This document shows, one piece after another, positions 39,948-50,980 of a stretch of 64,000 nucleotides of DNA. This DNA is from TPA_inf: Saccharomyces. Its lineage: Eukaryota. Below the pieces are notes generated by a model, which saw only the letters and a list, made by a program, of their open reading frames with translations, was not told the DNA's origin and did no database searches. Position 1 is the stretch's first letter; each line of letters begins with the position of its first letter. A program made the position numbers and the translations under genes. The DNA is taken from assembly GCA_000146045.2 (NCBI GenBank), contig BK006948.2:320001-384000 (forward strand), in the 5' to 3' direction.

Positions 39948-40460
39948 AACAGCAATTCATTACAAGCTCGAAGAAGTGAGGAAGTTTAGGGCATGCCACA
40001 TTTCAAAAGAGCAGCAGTATATGAAGAGCAAAAAAGAACTGGTAAATGGGGTCAACTTGTTGAAGAAACCAAAGATAGAATCCCCGAATATTCGAACAAA
40101 ACTATAGCAAAGATAAGCCACTTGGACAATGGTTGTTTGTGGCCTGAGATAAAGGTCTCTTTTTCTCATCATTTGAGCATACTTCAATCGATGTGTCTTC
40201 ATTTTATTATTTCTATACTTTTCTCCAAATATATCTTCGTTTTTCTTTTCGCTTTCCTTCTTCCTTCTGCCTTTCCTCTATTTATTTTGCACTCCACTCT
40301 TTTCCGTAAACCTTGCCTATCTATTATTGGATTTTTGAAAACTAAAGTATAAAGGTATGTCATAAATAATTAAATAACAAAAAAAATAGGATCATGATAC
40401 AAAAAAGTGCCTTCCCCTTAGCACAGCTGATCCAACAATTTTAAGAGCTTGAAAAGCAAC

Positions 40461-41084
40461 CTATACGTAGTTTTTTTGGCGACTGGTAAAAAAGAACTGA
40501 ATAATTAATGCCTGCACTATACTGATACCAACCATTACCCCCATAATTAGTAATGAGAGCCATGTTAATCTTGACTCAGTAGAACTCACAGTATACATGT
40601 TTCTCCATTCTCTAGCCCTTAAATAATCCATTGTTTTGGTGATCTTATTCAGGTTCCTATCAATTTCCTCGATGGCGTTGTTTGCGATTATGTCCTCTTT
40701 GCTTTCATGGGAAGAAACAATTTCCTTTTCCTTTTCGAGGGTGATTTCAACTTTCTTTGGGGAAGTGCCGTAGTTATTACTCAAACAGAAAGTGTACTTA
40801 CCTATACCAAACGACTTCAGTAGAAAATCAGAATGCTTCTTTTGTCTTTCAGTGACGATAACAGAGCCATCAGGGGCGGTAATATCGAAGTCTATCTCGA
40901 AATTCCCACCTGTCAAAACTTGGTAACTGACCACAAGGACATCTTTATCAGAGGATAAATCATAGTAAAGACATTCTTTGGTAAAAGCAGGTAATGATAT
41001 GCCTACAGGAGCATAATTAGAGGAGAATGCATGTGTTAACAAAGATGAACTAAACAAAATCGCAATCAAAGTAAAAACGCGCAT
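40461..41084 (-). CDS. ERP4: p24 (emp24/GOLD domain) ER-Golgi cargo receptor family member, 207 aa
   Basis: ATG at 41082-41084 (minus strand). Signal peptide, GOLD domain, coiled coil and a C-terminal TM with a short tail. 207 aa. Confidence 0.85.
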   Translation of the reverse strand: MRVFTLIAILFSSSLLTHAFSSNYAPVGISLPAFTKECLYYDLSSDKDVLVVSYQVLTGGNFEIDFDITAPDGSVIVTERQKKHSDFLLKSFGIGKYTFCLSNNYGTSPKKVEITLEKEKEIVSSHESKEDIIANNAIEEIDRNLNKITKTMDYLRAREWRNMYTVSSTESRLTWLSLLIMGVMVGISIVQALIIQFFFTSRQKNYV

Positions 41085-41411
41085 AATTCCTAGCGATGAT
41101 TGGGAATATATATTTATGAAAAAACTTCACTAGCGCTCGTGAAACTACTTCAAAGGCAGCTGGGAAATAAATGTCTTCAAAGCAGAGAAGAGTTCCCAAA
41201 TAGAATTCTCAGATCGTCAATCGCTCATCTTTGAGTATATCACGTCAAAAAACAGGAAACAGTGAAAAAAAAGTAGTCCATAATAAAGCGCGTTTCCGTC
41301 AATGCCGTTGGTTAATAAAGAAACAAATATGTAAAAATATAATATAAACAGGGCACTTGAGAGAGCACAAAAAAGAGCCAAACGCTACCTGATACTTTTA
41401 TAGTTTTGATA

Positions 41412-43814
41412 ATGGGGTTCTACAACTGTAGATTCCTGTCCAGACGTCTATCTGTTGAGCCTTGCAGAATAGGTAGCGCCGCTAAAAGCTATCAACAGCG
41501 ATCGATTTATCACTTTGGCGCTGCTCTCACAAATGCCCCTAGTGGAAGAGAAACACCAGACAAGCTACGTTCTGACCTGCATAGTGCTTTAGAGATGGTC
41601 GATGAAATATATGACACAAATTCGACTGTAGAGGACATTGGAAACAAGGAAAAGGGAGGTCGACAAAAATATACGGAAGAAATGGACAAGGCGATTAATC
41701 TACTGAAAACAAATATAAAGAAGGAGTATAGACATGATAAGTATTTGGAGCGGACAAAGGTAGGAACGTATCCTGGTAGAAGAACATATCCTGGTAGGAG
41801 AACATATCCCGCTAGGAGAACATATCCCGCTAGCAGAACATATTCAGATAGCAATTCATACACTTTTCGGATAAATGTCCAGAAGATTAGGCACGCATTA
41901 GTACGTTACAATCAAGATGGTGTTCAAAAACACAACCAAAAGCCTCCTAGGATTGGTCATGGATTAACGAGAGTGTTATACCAACCGTTGTCGCTACAAA
42001 AATTGAGAGATAATAGGAGCAGAATGTATAATTTTGACCCTGCAGTGGAAAATATTAATCCAGAGTATTTGGAAAAGAAAAGTGAAAAAGATGTGAACAC
42101 AGACTCCTCTGGAGAAGGACAAAGCAAGCCAATATTCATCACACCCCACAAAGATGAATCTCTGTTAAAGGTTGCCAAAGAACATAGAAAAAAGTACATA
42201 TCTTCATCAAGTTCCATGACATCAGTACTTTCTCAGTTGCACTATTTATTATCCAATTTCAGAAGATTGAATATCATTGATTCCTCGATATCGAAAAATT
42301 TTCCTCAAAAAAACTGCAATTATTCAGAAAGTGCATATTTTCCGTCAGCAGTCATTCTGAGAAAGAAGAGAAATGGCATTTGTTCTATTGATTCAGATAG
42401 AAGTCTGGATAGGGAGATTGTGCTTTCTGTACTAGGTCATTATCTTGAAGACTTTTTAACGGAAAAGTCCCTGAAGAATAGTTCAAAAAGTGAAAATTAT
42501 CACTATTCTAGTATAGATGAATTCATTGTGAGATCTCAATTGGACGCGTACGACCCAAATCTACCTGGAACGGGTGTATTTGATCTGAAGACAAGAGCAG
42601 TTTCTGCCATAAGATACGATTTATCACATGTAGAGAGTAATAACAACCAAACTGGATATGAGATAGATAAAGTTTATGGGGAATTTGAGTCTTTGGAAAG
42701 AGAATATTTTGAACTAATCAGGTCTGCCCTTCTAAAGTATTCTTTGCAAGCTAGAATTGGCAAAATGGACGGTATTTTCGTTGCATACCACAATATTTCT
42801 AAGATGTTTGGATTCCAATATCTACCTTTGGACGAATTAGATTATATAATCCATTCTTCGTATAACAGCAAATTCGACAGTTTGTTAAAGGAGAAGAATG
42901 ATATCACAAAAGGGATATATGGTGAGGAGGACTACATTCTACACTATGACAGGGACGATAGGAAAATTGCTTGCTTGGTGGCTAATAGGGAATTTAAGAT
43001 GTCTATGAATCTGTTCAGTAATATTTTGAAACACGTTGAGCAGTTACTTAACTCAAGTAATACGAAATGGGAAAAATGCAAAATAATGCTTAAAACCGAA
43101 GTTGAAGAAAAACGATCCAAAAGTGGCCGCTTCTTTAACGAACCGGTGCTAAATATTGTAGCCCTGCCGTTGTCACCTGAGTACGAGGATAAATCTTTAT
43201 TGGTAAAGGATACTTCGAACGAACAATTAACAGAGGAGCTACTAAACCTCCGCTCATATAACGAAAATCTTTTGGAGGAACACCTGAATTCCTTAGTTGG
43301 ATTTAAAGTAAATGTCAAGCATTTCTATCACCATCATCCTAATACTACACATCTACCTGATTTTGCTTTAAAAAAGAACGATATTCTCGACACCGAATCC
43401 CGTAAATATATTTCTGACATGATGAAACGAGACTGGTACAAAGATATACCATCTACACAGACTCCAAACTTTTTCCACGCTTCCGATGTTTCCACTTGGG
43501 AGGTGAACTCTACTTTTACAGATATCAATGACAAACAAATTTTACGAAAACTATACTTTAAATATTTGGATGTTAAATTAAACGCATTGAAAAATCAAGT
43601 AATCACACGTCAGGAACCTGATATGTCTAAAAAGGATGAAATTATGAATCGAATCAAATCACTACAAGCCCGCAATGATCACCGCGATAATGGAAGTAAC
43701 AAAAGATATTCTAATTTTGGCCCTACCCGACTGCAAACTAAACTGCGCGCATATGCTAAAAAAGGTGCCCTTCGAAGAAAACTATTAGAAAGGAGTAACA
43801 AGTTCCATATCTAG
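41412..43814 (+). CDS. PET127: Mitochondrial mRNA 5'-end processing/turnover factor (PD-(D/E)XK nuclease-like), 800 aa
   Basis: The track ORF starts at TTG 41406; the first ATG is at 41412 (MGFYNCRFLSRR..., an N-terminal mitochondrial presequence). 800 aa matches Pet127. Confidence 0.85.
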   Translation: MGFYNCRFLSRRLSVEPCRIGSAAKSYQQRSIYHFGAALTNAPSGRETPDKLRSDLHSALEMVDEIYDTNSTVEDIGNKEKGGRQKYTEEMDKAINLLKTNIKKEYRHDKYLERTKVGTYPGRRTYPGRRTYPARRTYPASRTYSDSNSYTFRINVQKIRHALVRYNQDGVQKHNQKPPRIGHGLTRVLYQPLSLQKLRDNRSRMYNFDPAVENINPEYLEKKSEKDVNTDSSGEGQSKPIFITPHKDESLLKVAKEHRKKYISSSSSMTSVLSQLHYLLSNFRRLNIIDSSISKNFPQKNCNYSESAYFPSAVILRKKRNGICSIDSDRSLDREIVLSVLGHYLEDFLTEKSLKNSSKSENYHYSSIDEFIVRSQLDAYDPNLPGTGVFDLKTRAVSAIRYDLSHVESNNNQTGYEIDKVYGEFESLEREYFELIRSALLKYSLQARIGKMDGIFVAYHNISKMFGFQYLPLDELDYIIHSSYNSKFDSLLKEKNDITKGIYGEEDYILHYDRDDRKIACLVANREFKMSMNLFSNILKHVEQLLNSSNTKWEKCKIMLKTEVEEKRSKSGRFFNEPVLNIVALPLSPEYEDKSLLVKDTSNEQLTEELLNLRSYNENLLEEHLNSLVGFKVNVKHFYHHHPNTTHLPDFALKKNDILDTESRKYISDMMKRDWYKDIPSTQTPNFFHASDVSTWEVNSTFTDINDKQILRKLYFKYLDVKLNALKNQVITRQEPDMSKKDEIMNRIKSLQARNDHRDNGSNKRYSNFGPTRLQTKLRAYAKKGALRRKLLERSNKFHI
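41766..41845 (+). repeat. In-frame 18-bp tandem repeat x4 (acatatcctggtaggaga-like) encoding (TYPGRR/TYPARR)4 inside PET127
   Basis: Read directly: gtatcctggtagaagaacatatcctggtaggagaacatatcccgctaggagaacatatcccgctagcagaacatat. Confidence 0.85.
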
Positions 43815-44368
43815 AAGACAGTAGTCAGCGTTGGGCAATCTAATGTTATAGGTGAAGTTTTACTACTTTAATGTATTCACTCACAACTTTCGACCTTATG
43901 TAATTATTCTATGTATTTTTAGATATGTCCATACAATGCATTATTCTTGTAATTATAACACATATTAATTAAACAATGGGTCAAAAAGAGTCGAGTCCCT
44001 TGGTACATATTATGTTACATTACTGATTAAGTTGAATAAAAGCATCTAACTTTAAGGAATCTGCTTTATTTTGAAGACCGAAAACTACGAGTAAAAATAG
44101 GAGTTTTAATGCGGATGAATGTCTAACCCCAGAGATGGGTTCTCCGATAAAAACTGAGAAGCTTCCTGTTCACAGTTTTTATAAATTATTTTGTATGGCT
44201 GGGCTCTTGCAATTTTCAGCGTTTTTTTATTAAGCGAAAAAAACAGAACAGGGGTCCCCTATTCAAATATAGACGTCAAAAAGATGCAGATCTAAAACTA
44301 ATTAACAACCATACAGAAATCAACGCGATTTCATCACACCATTCGCTTCTCTTCCTCCATAAGTAATA

Positions 44369-46882
44369 ATGTTTTCATCATCATCTCGACCTTCAAAAGA
44401 GCCATTACTATTTGACATCAGACTTAGAAATTTGGACAATGATGTTTTACTGATAAAAGGCCCCCCTGATGAGGCATCTTCTGTCCTACTATCTGGAACT
44501 ATAGTATTGTCAATTACTGAGCCAATTCAAATCAAGTCTTTGGCTTTGAGACTTTTTGGTAGGTTGAGACTAAATATTCCAACGGTTTTACAAACTGTTC
44601 ATGGGCCGCATAAGCGATACTCAAAGTTTGAGAGAAACATATATTCTCATTTTTGGGATGATTTTAATATAAAAAGTTATTTCCAAAACTTGTACGATAA
44701 TCATAATAATGGTAAAATAACAATTTCTAGTAAATCCTCAACAAATTTAGCAGCATTGCCAAAGAGAAAAAGAGCCCTTTCTACTGCATCATTGATATCA
44801 AGTAATGGGCAGACAAGCGCAAGCAAAAACTATCACACCTTAGTAAAAGGTAACTACGAATTCCCTTTCAGCGCGATTATTCCTGGGTCATTAGTGGAAA
44901 GTGTAGAAGGCCTACCAAATGCTGCCGTCACTTATGCTCTGGAAGCTACTATCGAGAGACCTAAGCAGCCCGACTTGATCTGTAAAAAACATCTAAGAGT
45001 TATTCGAACGTTAGCTATAGATGCAGTCGAGTTATCTGAAACAGTATCAGTGGATAACTCATGGCCTGAAAAAGTCGATTATACGATCTCCATTCCAACT
45101 AAGGCAATTGCCATTGGCTCTTCCACCATGATCAATATTTTAATTGTTCCTATATTAAAAGGATTGAAGTTAGGCCCTGTTAGGATCAGTTTGGTGGAAA
45201 ATTCCCAGTATTGTGGTAGCTATGGAGGGGTTATCAACCAAGAAAGAATGGTGGCTAAATTAAAACTAAAAGATCCCCTGAAGCACGTTGCCCAAATAAA
45301 GAAGAAGAGGAGCCTAAATGAAGCTGCCGACGAAGGGGTTGATACGGACACAGGGGAATTTCAAGATAAATGGGAAGTTCGAGCTTTATTAAACATACCT
45401 GCAAGCCTGACTAAATGCTCCCAAGACTGTCGCATTTTATCTAATATCAAAGTCCGTCATAAGATCAAGTTCACTATAAGTTTACTCAATCCGGACGGTC
45501 ATATTTCAGAATTGCGTGCGGCACTGCCTGTCCAATTATTCATTTCACCGTTTGTTCCAGTCAATGTAAAGACCTCCGATGTTATTGAAAGAACGCTCAA
45601 AACGTTTGGACCCTCATATCAAGTAACAAGTCAGCACGATAATTCATTCAGCAGCAAAAACTTTGTAGACGATAGTGAAGAAGATGTGATTTTTCAAAGA
45701 TCTGCTTCTGCGTTACAATTGTCTTCAATGCCAACCATAGTATCTGGCTCTACTTTAAATATCAATAGTACTGATGCAGAGGCTACCGCAGTCGCTGACA
45801 CAACTATGGTAACTAGTTTGATGGTACCTCCCAACTACGGCAATCACGTTTACGATCGAGTGTATGGCGAGGTAACTAATGAAGACGAAACTTCAGCATC
45901 AGCTTCTTCAAGTGCCGTCGAATCACAGGCAATTCACAATATTCAAAACCTATATATATCGGATAGTAACAATAGCAATAATCCTATTTTGGCACCAAAT
46001 CCTCAAATCAAGATTGAAGATGATAGCCTAAATAATTGTGACTCTCGAGGGGACAGCGTTAACAATAGTAACCTGAATCTGGTTAATAGTAATCTAACAA
46101 TTAGTGAAAATTGGAACAATAACTCTCCTTCTGCAAATAGATATAATAACATCATTAATGCTGGATTGAATAGTCCTTCACTGACACCAAGCTTTGCACA
46201 TTTATCTAGGCGTAACTCATATAGTCGCCAAACATCTTCTACATCGCTGAAGAACGATTTGGAACTGACAGATTTAAGCAGAGTTCCCTCGTATGATAAA
46301 GCAATGAAATCTGATATGATTGGTGAGGATCTTCCACCGGCTTATCCCGAGGAAGAACTTGGAGTTCAAGAAAATAAAAAAATTGAACTAGAAAGGCCAC
46401 AAATTCTTCATCACAAGTCTACATCCTCTTTGTTGCCACTTCCAGGCTCGAGCAAGAGTTCCAATAATCTGAAAAGATCGTCTAGTAGGACACATTTATC
46501 CCACTCTCCATTACCAAGGAATAATAGCGGATCCTCAGTATCATTGCAGCAGTTGGCGAGAAACAACACAGATAGTTCATTTAATCTAAATCTCTCTTTC
46601 ACTTCAGCAAAAAGCAGCACAGGAAGCAGACATTTTCCGTTTAATATGACAACATCTTTCACTAGTAATTCAAGTTCCAAGAACAATTCACATTTTGATA
46701 AAACTGATTCTACATCTGACGCTAATAAGCCAAGAGAAGAGGAAAACTATACGAGCGCAACCCACAATCGAAGGTCACGCTCATCGTCAGTTCGGAGCAA
46801 CAATAGCAACTCACCATTAAGACAAGGAACAGGTTCATTTGCTAATTTAATGGAGATGTTCACAAAACGGGATCGCTCATAG
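44369..46882 (+). CDS. ROD1: Alpha-arrestin (ART family) Rsp5 adaptor with PPxY motifs, 837 aa
   Basis: ATG at 44369. Arrestin N/C domains followed by a Ser/Asn-rich tail containing PPAY (..GEDLPPAYPEE..) and PPNY motifs. 837 aa. Confidence 0.85.
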   Translation: MFSSSSRPSKEPLLFDIRLRNLDNDVLLIKGPPDEASSVLLSGTIVLSITEPIQIKSLALRLFGRLRLNIPTVLQTVHGPHKRYSKFERNIYSHFWDDFNIKSYFQNLYDNHNNGKITISSKSSTNLAALPKRKRALSTASLISSNGQTSASKNYHTLVKGNYEFPFSAIIPGSLVESVEGLPNAAVTYALEATIERPKQPDLICKKHLRVIRTLAIDAVELSETVSVDNSWPEKVDYTISIPTKAIAIGSSTMINILIVPILKGLKLGPVRISLVENSQYCGSYGGVINQERMVAKLKLKDPLKHVAQIKKKRSLNEAADEGVDTDTGEFQDKWEVRALLNIPASLTKCSQDCRILSNIKVRHKIKFTISLLNPDGHISELRAALPVQLFISPFVPVNVKTSDVIERTLKTFGPSYQVTSQHDNSFSSKNFVDDSEEDVIFQRSASALQLSSMPTIVSGSTLNINSTDAEATAVADTTMVTSLMVPPNYGNHVYDRVYGEVTNEDETSASASSSAVESQAIHNIQNLYISDSNNSNNPILAPNPQIKIEDDSLNNCDSRGDSVNNSNLNLVNSNLTISENWNNNSPSANRYNNIINAGLNSPSLTPSFAHLSRRNSYSRQTSSTSLKNDLELTDLSRVPSYDKAMKSDMIGEDLPPAYPEEELGVQENKKIELERPQILHHKSTSSLLPLPGSSKSSNNLKRSSSRTHLSHSPLPRNNSGSSVSLQQLARNNTDSSFNLNLSFTSAKSSTGSRHFPFNMTTSFTSNSSSKNNSHFDKTDSTSDANKPREEENYTSATHNRRSRSSSVRSNNSNSPLRQGTGSFANLMEMFTKRDRS

Positions 46883-47842
46883 ACTGCTTTATTTTTTGTC
46901 TTCGAAATTTCGACAAAAAGATATGAGCAATACTTCATACACGTTTGTACAGTTAAGCATATATACTTTGATAGAGTACTTTCATACCTCATACCACTTG
47001 AAAAATGATAATATAATGTTATAATACTACCTCATAATTGCTATAAAGTAAAACAATTCGGCGTTGTAGTTTATGCTTCTATAATCACAAAAAAATTTCA
47101 CTGAAGTTGTCAGATTCTGCCGCAAGGCTTCTCATAGATTTTGTTAAGTGGTCTTACTCGGTTTTATGGCTTGAAGGTTAACATAATTATGAAAACTTAT
47201 TGATATCCTCCCCACCCCTAACGTTTTAAAAATGATCTCGTCCAATATGTTTGAGGTGAATAATATCGGACCAGTTCTTGTTTTTAAAAGATAAGAATTG
47301 CTCATATTTCCCATACTTGTTGGAAAATTTCTCTCAACAATTGTATGAAGGCAAAATCCCTCAATTGAAACATTAAAATAGTGATTAGAAAAACAGGATT
47401 AATCAGTTATACGAACGTATTTTTGAGAGAATATAATGAGAATACAATGAGCTTCAGAAGATCTGTTTTTCTTTACTTGGCACTTCTTCCTCAACAATTA
47501 TTGGCACTACAAAATTTTCTAATTAAATGTTAAAGATCCCACAGACATCATTCGTATATATCCTCCCATTTTATACGGTTAGCCAACTTTGCGATCCTAC
47601 GGAAATTGCTATTTTTATAGTCAACTCATTGATCTCGAGCACAGCTGCTCTTTTCTCTCAATGAATTACGTTATATGTTAATCACACAAGCATCAGTTTT
47701 TCATCGCAAAAGAAAATATTTAGAGTTCTTGCAATTCAGATGTACCTCAATTAATAACTCAATCACCTCCTATGTTCTTGCTGGTAGTACTGCTTTTGTC
47801 TTAATTACTGCTGAATCAGCCTTCTAGAAGACCGTTCTGTTT

Positions 47843-47900
47843 CAGCCGCTCGCCCCTTTTCAAAGCTTGCGCGGCTGAGTTTTATGAGGGGCGGCTTTTT
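47843..47900. promoter_or_regulatory. GC-rich palindromic cluster with three GCGGCTG/T copies and two inverted STRE cores (CCCCT / AGGGG), about 230-280 bp upstream of YOR019W
   Basis: Read directly: ttCAGCCGCtcgCCCCTtttcaaagcttGCGCGGCTGagttttatgAGGGGCGGCTtttttg. CAGCCGC at 47843-47849 is reverse-complementary to GCGGCTG at 47871-47877, and AGCCGCTCGCCCCT is reverse-complementary to GAGGGGCGGCT. Confidence 0.4.
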
Positions 47901-48126
47901 TGTGAATGGCAATCTACCATTATTAGTAGCAATATGATTTGCAGATAGATACATATATATCCTTCTGGGTTCATGTCTCGTTACCATCCACACTAATGCA
48001 TAGGACCAGAAAGAAAGGACATCGAATCCAACACGTATTAAAATAAGGACTCCTCATTAAAAAGGCTTTTAATATTCAACTTGCTATAGATCACGCACCC
48101 TTTTGGCAAGTCAACCTTAAATTATT

Positions 48127-50319
48127 ATGATTTCTGTTTGCCCACAAAATGACTTGCAAAAATGCTACAGAAGCCTCACATTCGATGTTCCAGGACAACA
48201 ATTCGAAGAGAGAAATGAACAAAACCTTAAAAAACGGGCCAAAAAGAAAGGCAGTTTCCAACCATCTGTTGCCTTTGACACAGTGCCTTCCACCGCTGGT
48301 TATTCTTCTATAGACGACAGCAGGGAAGGATTCAAAGGTGTACCTGTTCCCAACTATTACACGATGGAAGAGTGCTATGACGATGAAACAGACTCTTTTT
48401 CGCCAAATTTGCAATATTATTTGAGAGATACATTCCAATCATCACCTTTTCTGAATACTAGAAAAGAGAACAAATCTGAATCCAGTAGTTTTCCAATGAG
48501 ATCCTCAAAGTTGTTGGAAAAGAATTCTGACATCAAAAAATATTTCTTGGTATCCAAGAATGGAAAAATAGTGAGGAGAGACTATCCAAGCACGCCAGTA
48601 ATTGTCAACGAAACGTTGATGATAAACAGGTTTGAAAAGAACTGGATAAAGTTATGGCGCCAAAGAAAACTACAAATAAATGAAAGGCTGAATGACAAAA
48701 AAAAATGGTTTACTTACCCAGAACTTATCTTCTCTGAAGAGCGTATTAAACCGTTATATAGAGGAGATGATAGTGCACCATGTACAAAAGAACAAAAAAG
48801 AAAGCATAAAATACTTCAACAAAAGGTCGGATATCCCAATAACCCTAAGACAATAGTTTGTCACATTAACGGAAAAAAACATACGTGGGTTGCCCTAGAC
48901 TGGACAGTCTACAAGTTTGCACGAAATCTTGATCACATTGTTGTCATAACTACACTGCCAAAAATGATTTCTAACAGGAAAAAAACTGCAAAAGATGATA
49001 CAGAATGGGCACCGGGATATCAAAAAGAAGTAATAGATCAAAAATTAAACGACATTTTTGATTATATTTTACAGCTAGTAAAAGTGGTCAAAATATCCGT
49101 CAAAATTACTTTAGAAATAATTGTAGGCAAAATTAAAAAAAGTCTGGTAGATGTCATTAATGTCCATACTCCAGATTTCTTAGTTCTTGCTACTTTAAAG
49201 CACGAGCGAAATGAGAATCTTATTACATATAAATCCAAAAAGCTGACAGATGTCTTTCCTGTTAGTTATCCGATTCCCACATTTGTTGTTCCCTCGAAAC
49301 GAATGTATTCGTTCGAACTGAATCTACAAAGAGAAGTAAATGAACATTATGTCTCAAAAAATCATATGAAGCACGAACACACTGACGTTGAGAGCATGAG
49401 CAGTTCAATGTTCAAAAAAAATACAATATCAGATATTTCTTCACATATTTCCGTAGATTCGTACGCCGAAGATTTCAAAAGGCAAGGCTACATCAAAAAG
49501 CAGTTCAACACCTCTAATGATTCCATTCCAAGAAAATTGACCGGTCTCGCCCAGCATTCAAGAAGGAAGATCACGGGTGATATAGAAAAATTACAAGACG
49601 ATGAGAAAGATAGAGAATGTACTAAGGAAAAACTTTTGTTGAAGAAAATTGATATCATAATTAGAGAGTCATTGAAGTCTTCTTTAGCGATAGAGACGTT
49701 GCCTGGTAAAAATGTATCGCAGTCCAGTCACGGTGACCAAATTTCCAGCTTTAAGAATGCTTTGATAGGCAATGGGTCGAAAAACACAAAGTTTAGAAAA
49801 TCTTTAATACCATATTCTTCCTCAGAGGAACAAAATACCACAACAACTATTAAACTCAGTAGCTCGCCTACGTCCCAAATCAAGTTTGCAACCTCTGTAA
49901 AACACAAAGATGGAAGAGCCGCCCTTGGCAAAGCCAGAAATCTGCCTGATATAAGGCACAGTATTTCCTTCGACAAAGAAAATTCCTTTGATCCATCTGA
50001 TAAAAGCAGTAGTGTTGATAATAGCATTCCTTTGAGGAAAGTTAAAAGTGCCGGTGCGTTAAGAAAAGTCAAAACTAATGACTCCTCAAGTAGTGCAGGG
50101 TCAAAGAAAAGCTCGTCTAGTTTTAGTACTGTGAACACCTTCACTGGGGGTGGAGTTGGGATTTTTAAGGTGTTTAAAAGTGGAAGTTCCTCTGGAAATA
50201 AATCATCCAGTAGAAGGAATAGTAGCAGTGGCGATGTTTTTGAAAGTGATGATCGTAACGACAAGAAAAAGAAGAAGAAAAAAAAGAAGAAATCATTGTT
50301 CTTATTCGGCAAAATATGA
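48127..50319 (+). CDS. YOR019W, uncharacterised 730-aa protein with a Ser-rich C-terminal region ending in a poly-Lys tract
   Basis: ATG at 48127. The long ORF has yeast-like codon usage; the systematic name is recalled from the chr XV gene order. Confidence 0.7.
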   Translation: MISVCPQNDLQKCYRSLTFDVPGQQFEERNEQNLKKRAKKKGSFQPSVAFDTVPSTAGYSSIDDSREGFKGVPVPNYYTMEECYDDETDSFSPNLQYYLRDTFQSSPFLNTRKENKSESSSFPMRSSKLLEKNSDIKKYFLVSKNGKIVRRDYPSTPVIVNETLMINRFEKNWIKLWRQRKLQINERLNDKKKWFTYPELIFSEERIKPLYRGDDSAPCTKEQKRKHKILQQKVGYPNNPKTIVCHINGKKHTWVALDWTVYKFARNLDHIVVITTLPKMISNRKKTAKDDTEWAPGYQKEVIDQKLNDIFDYILQLVKVVKISVKITLEIIVGKIKKSLVDVINVHTPDFLVLATLKHERNENLITYKSKKLTDVFPVSYPIPTFVVPSKRMYSFELNLQREVNEHYVSKNHMKHEHTDVESMSSSMFKKNTISDISSHISVDSYAEDFKRQGYIKKQFNTSNDSIPRKLTGLAQHSRRKITGDIEKLQDDEKDRECTKEKLLLKKIDIIIRESLKSSLAIETLPGKNVSQSSHGDQISSFKNALIGNGSKNTKFRKSLIPYSSSEEQNTTTTIKLSSSPTSQIKFATSVKHKDGRAALGKARNLPDIRHSISFDKENSFDPSDKSSSVDNSIPLRKVKSAGALRKVKTNDSSSSAGSKKSSSSFSTVNTFTGGGVGIFKVFKSGSSSGNKSSSRRNSSSGDVFESDDRNDKKKKKKKKKKSLFLFGKI

Positions 50320-50523
50320 GCGGATAGTTTGTACACATAGTGTCCCTAAAATTCCTATTGATGAATAGATCAATTTTATTAGCAGACAATTGGGGGCAGC
50401 AACTGAATAGCAGAAGAAATTTGAGTTCAATTATTTTTTTTTCCTGTCATACATAATGGCCTATTTACAGGTACATACATATAGAGTATGTATATAAAAT
50501 CTCTGTTGAAGAAGACATCATTC

Positions 50524-50844
50524 TTAGTCCTTGGCAATCTTAGCCAGGATTTCAGCGTCCCTGAAAAGAATAACTTCATCGTCGTTACCCAATTTAATGG
50601 TAGAACCACCAAACTGTGGAATCAAAACTTGGTCACCAACTTTAACTTGAGGAACAACCTTATTACCATTAGCATCAGTAAAGCCCGGGCCTACGGCAAC
50701 AACTTCAGCTTGGTTTAACTTCTCCACGTTCTTTTCAGGTAAATACAACCCGGATGCTGTCTTTGCTTGTGCCTTGATTCTTTGGACAAGGACACGGTCC
50801 ATCAATGGAACGATAGATTTAGCAGACTTCAAAAGGGTGGACAT
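50524..50844 (-). CDS. HSP10: Mitochondrial chaperonin-10 (GroES homologue), 106 aa
   Basis: ATG at 50842-50844 (minus strand). GroES fold motifs (RVLVQRIKAQAKTASGLYLPEK...VGPG). 106 aa. Confidence 0.95.
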   Translation of the reverse strand: MSTLLKSAKSIVPLMDRVLVQRIKAQAKTASGLYLPEKNVEKLNQAEVVAVGPGFTDANGNKVVPQVKVGDQVLIPQFGGSTIKLGNDDEVILFRDAEILAKIAKD

Positions 50845-50980
50845 TCTTTTTTTTCTGTAGATTCAATATATTTTCGATCAATGGCTTCTATCAGAAATTA
50901 TTTTAAACCTAGCACATAATAAGTTTGTACTGTATAAGCGTTTTGACTAATTTTATACATAATCAAGCTTCTTTTTCCCA

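Noticed and set aside
39993-40352. 119-aa ORF immediately downstream of RTS1 (I believe annotated as dubious YOR015W). Also small ORFs 22857-23153 and 23828-24049 in the SLG1/TIR4 spacer, and 35652-35858 / 36017-36250 in the LTR cluster
   Set aside because: They are short with no recognisable motifs and low-complexity hydrophobic translations, and they lie in 3'-UTR/terminator, promoter or LTR territory. They are insufficiently supported from sequence alone to call as genes.
49728-50336. 202-aa ORF antisense to the 3' end of YOR019W
   Set aside because: It is a low-complexity Leu/Phe-rich translation of the Ser/Lys-rich C-terminal region read backwards (poly-F from the poly-K codons). It is not a plausible protein.
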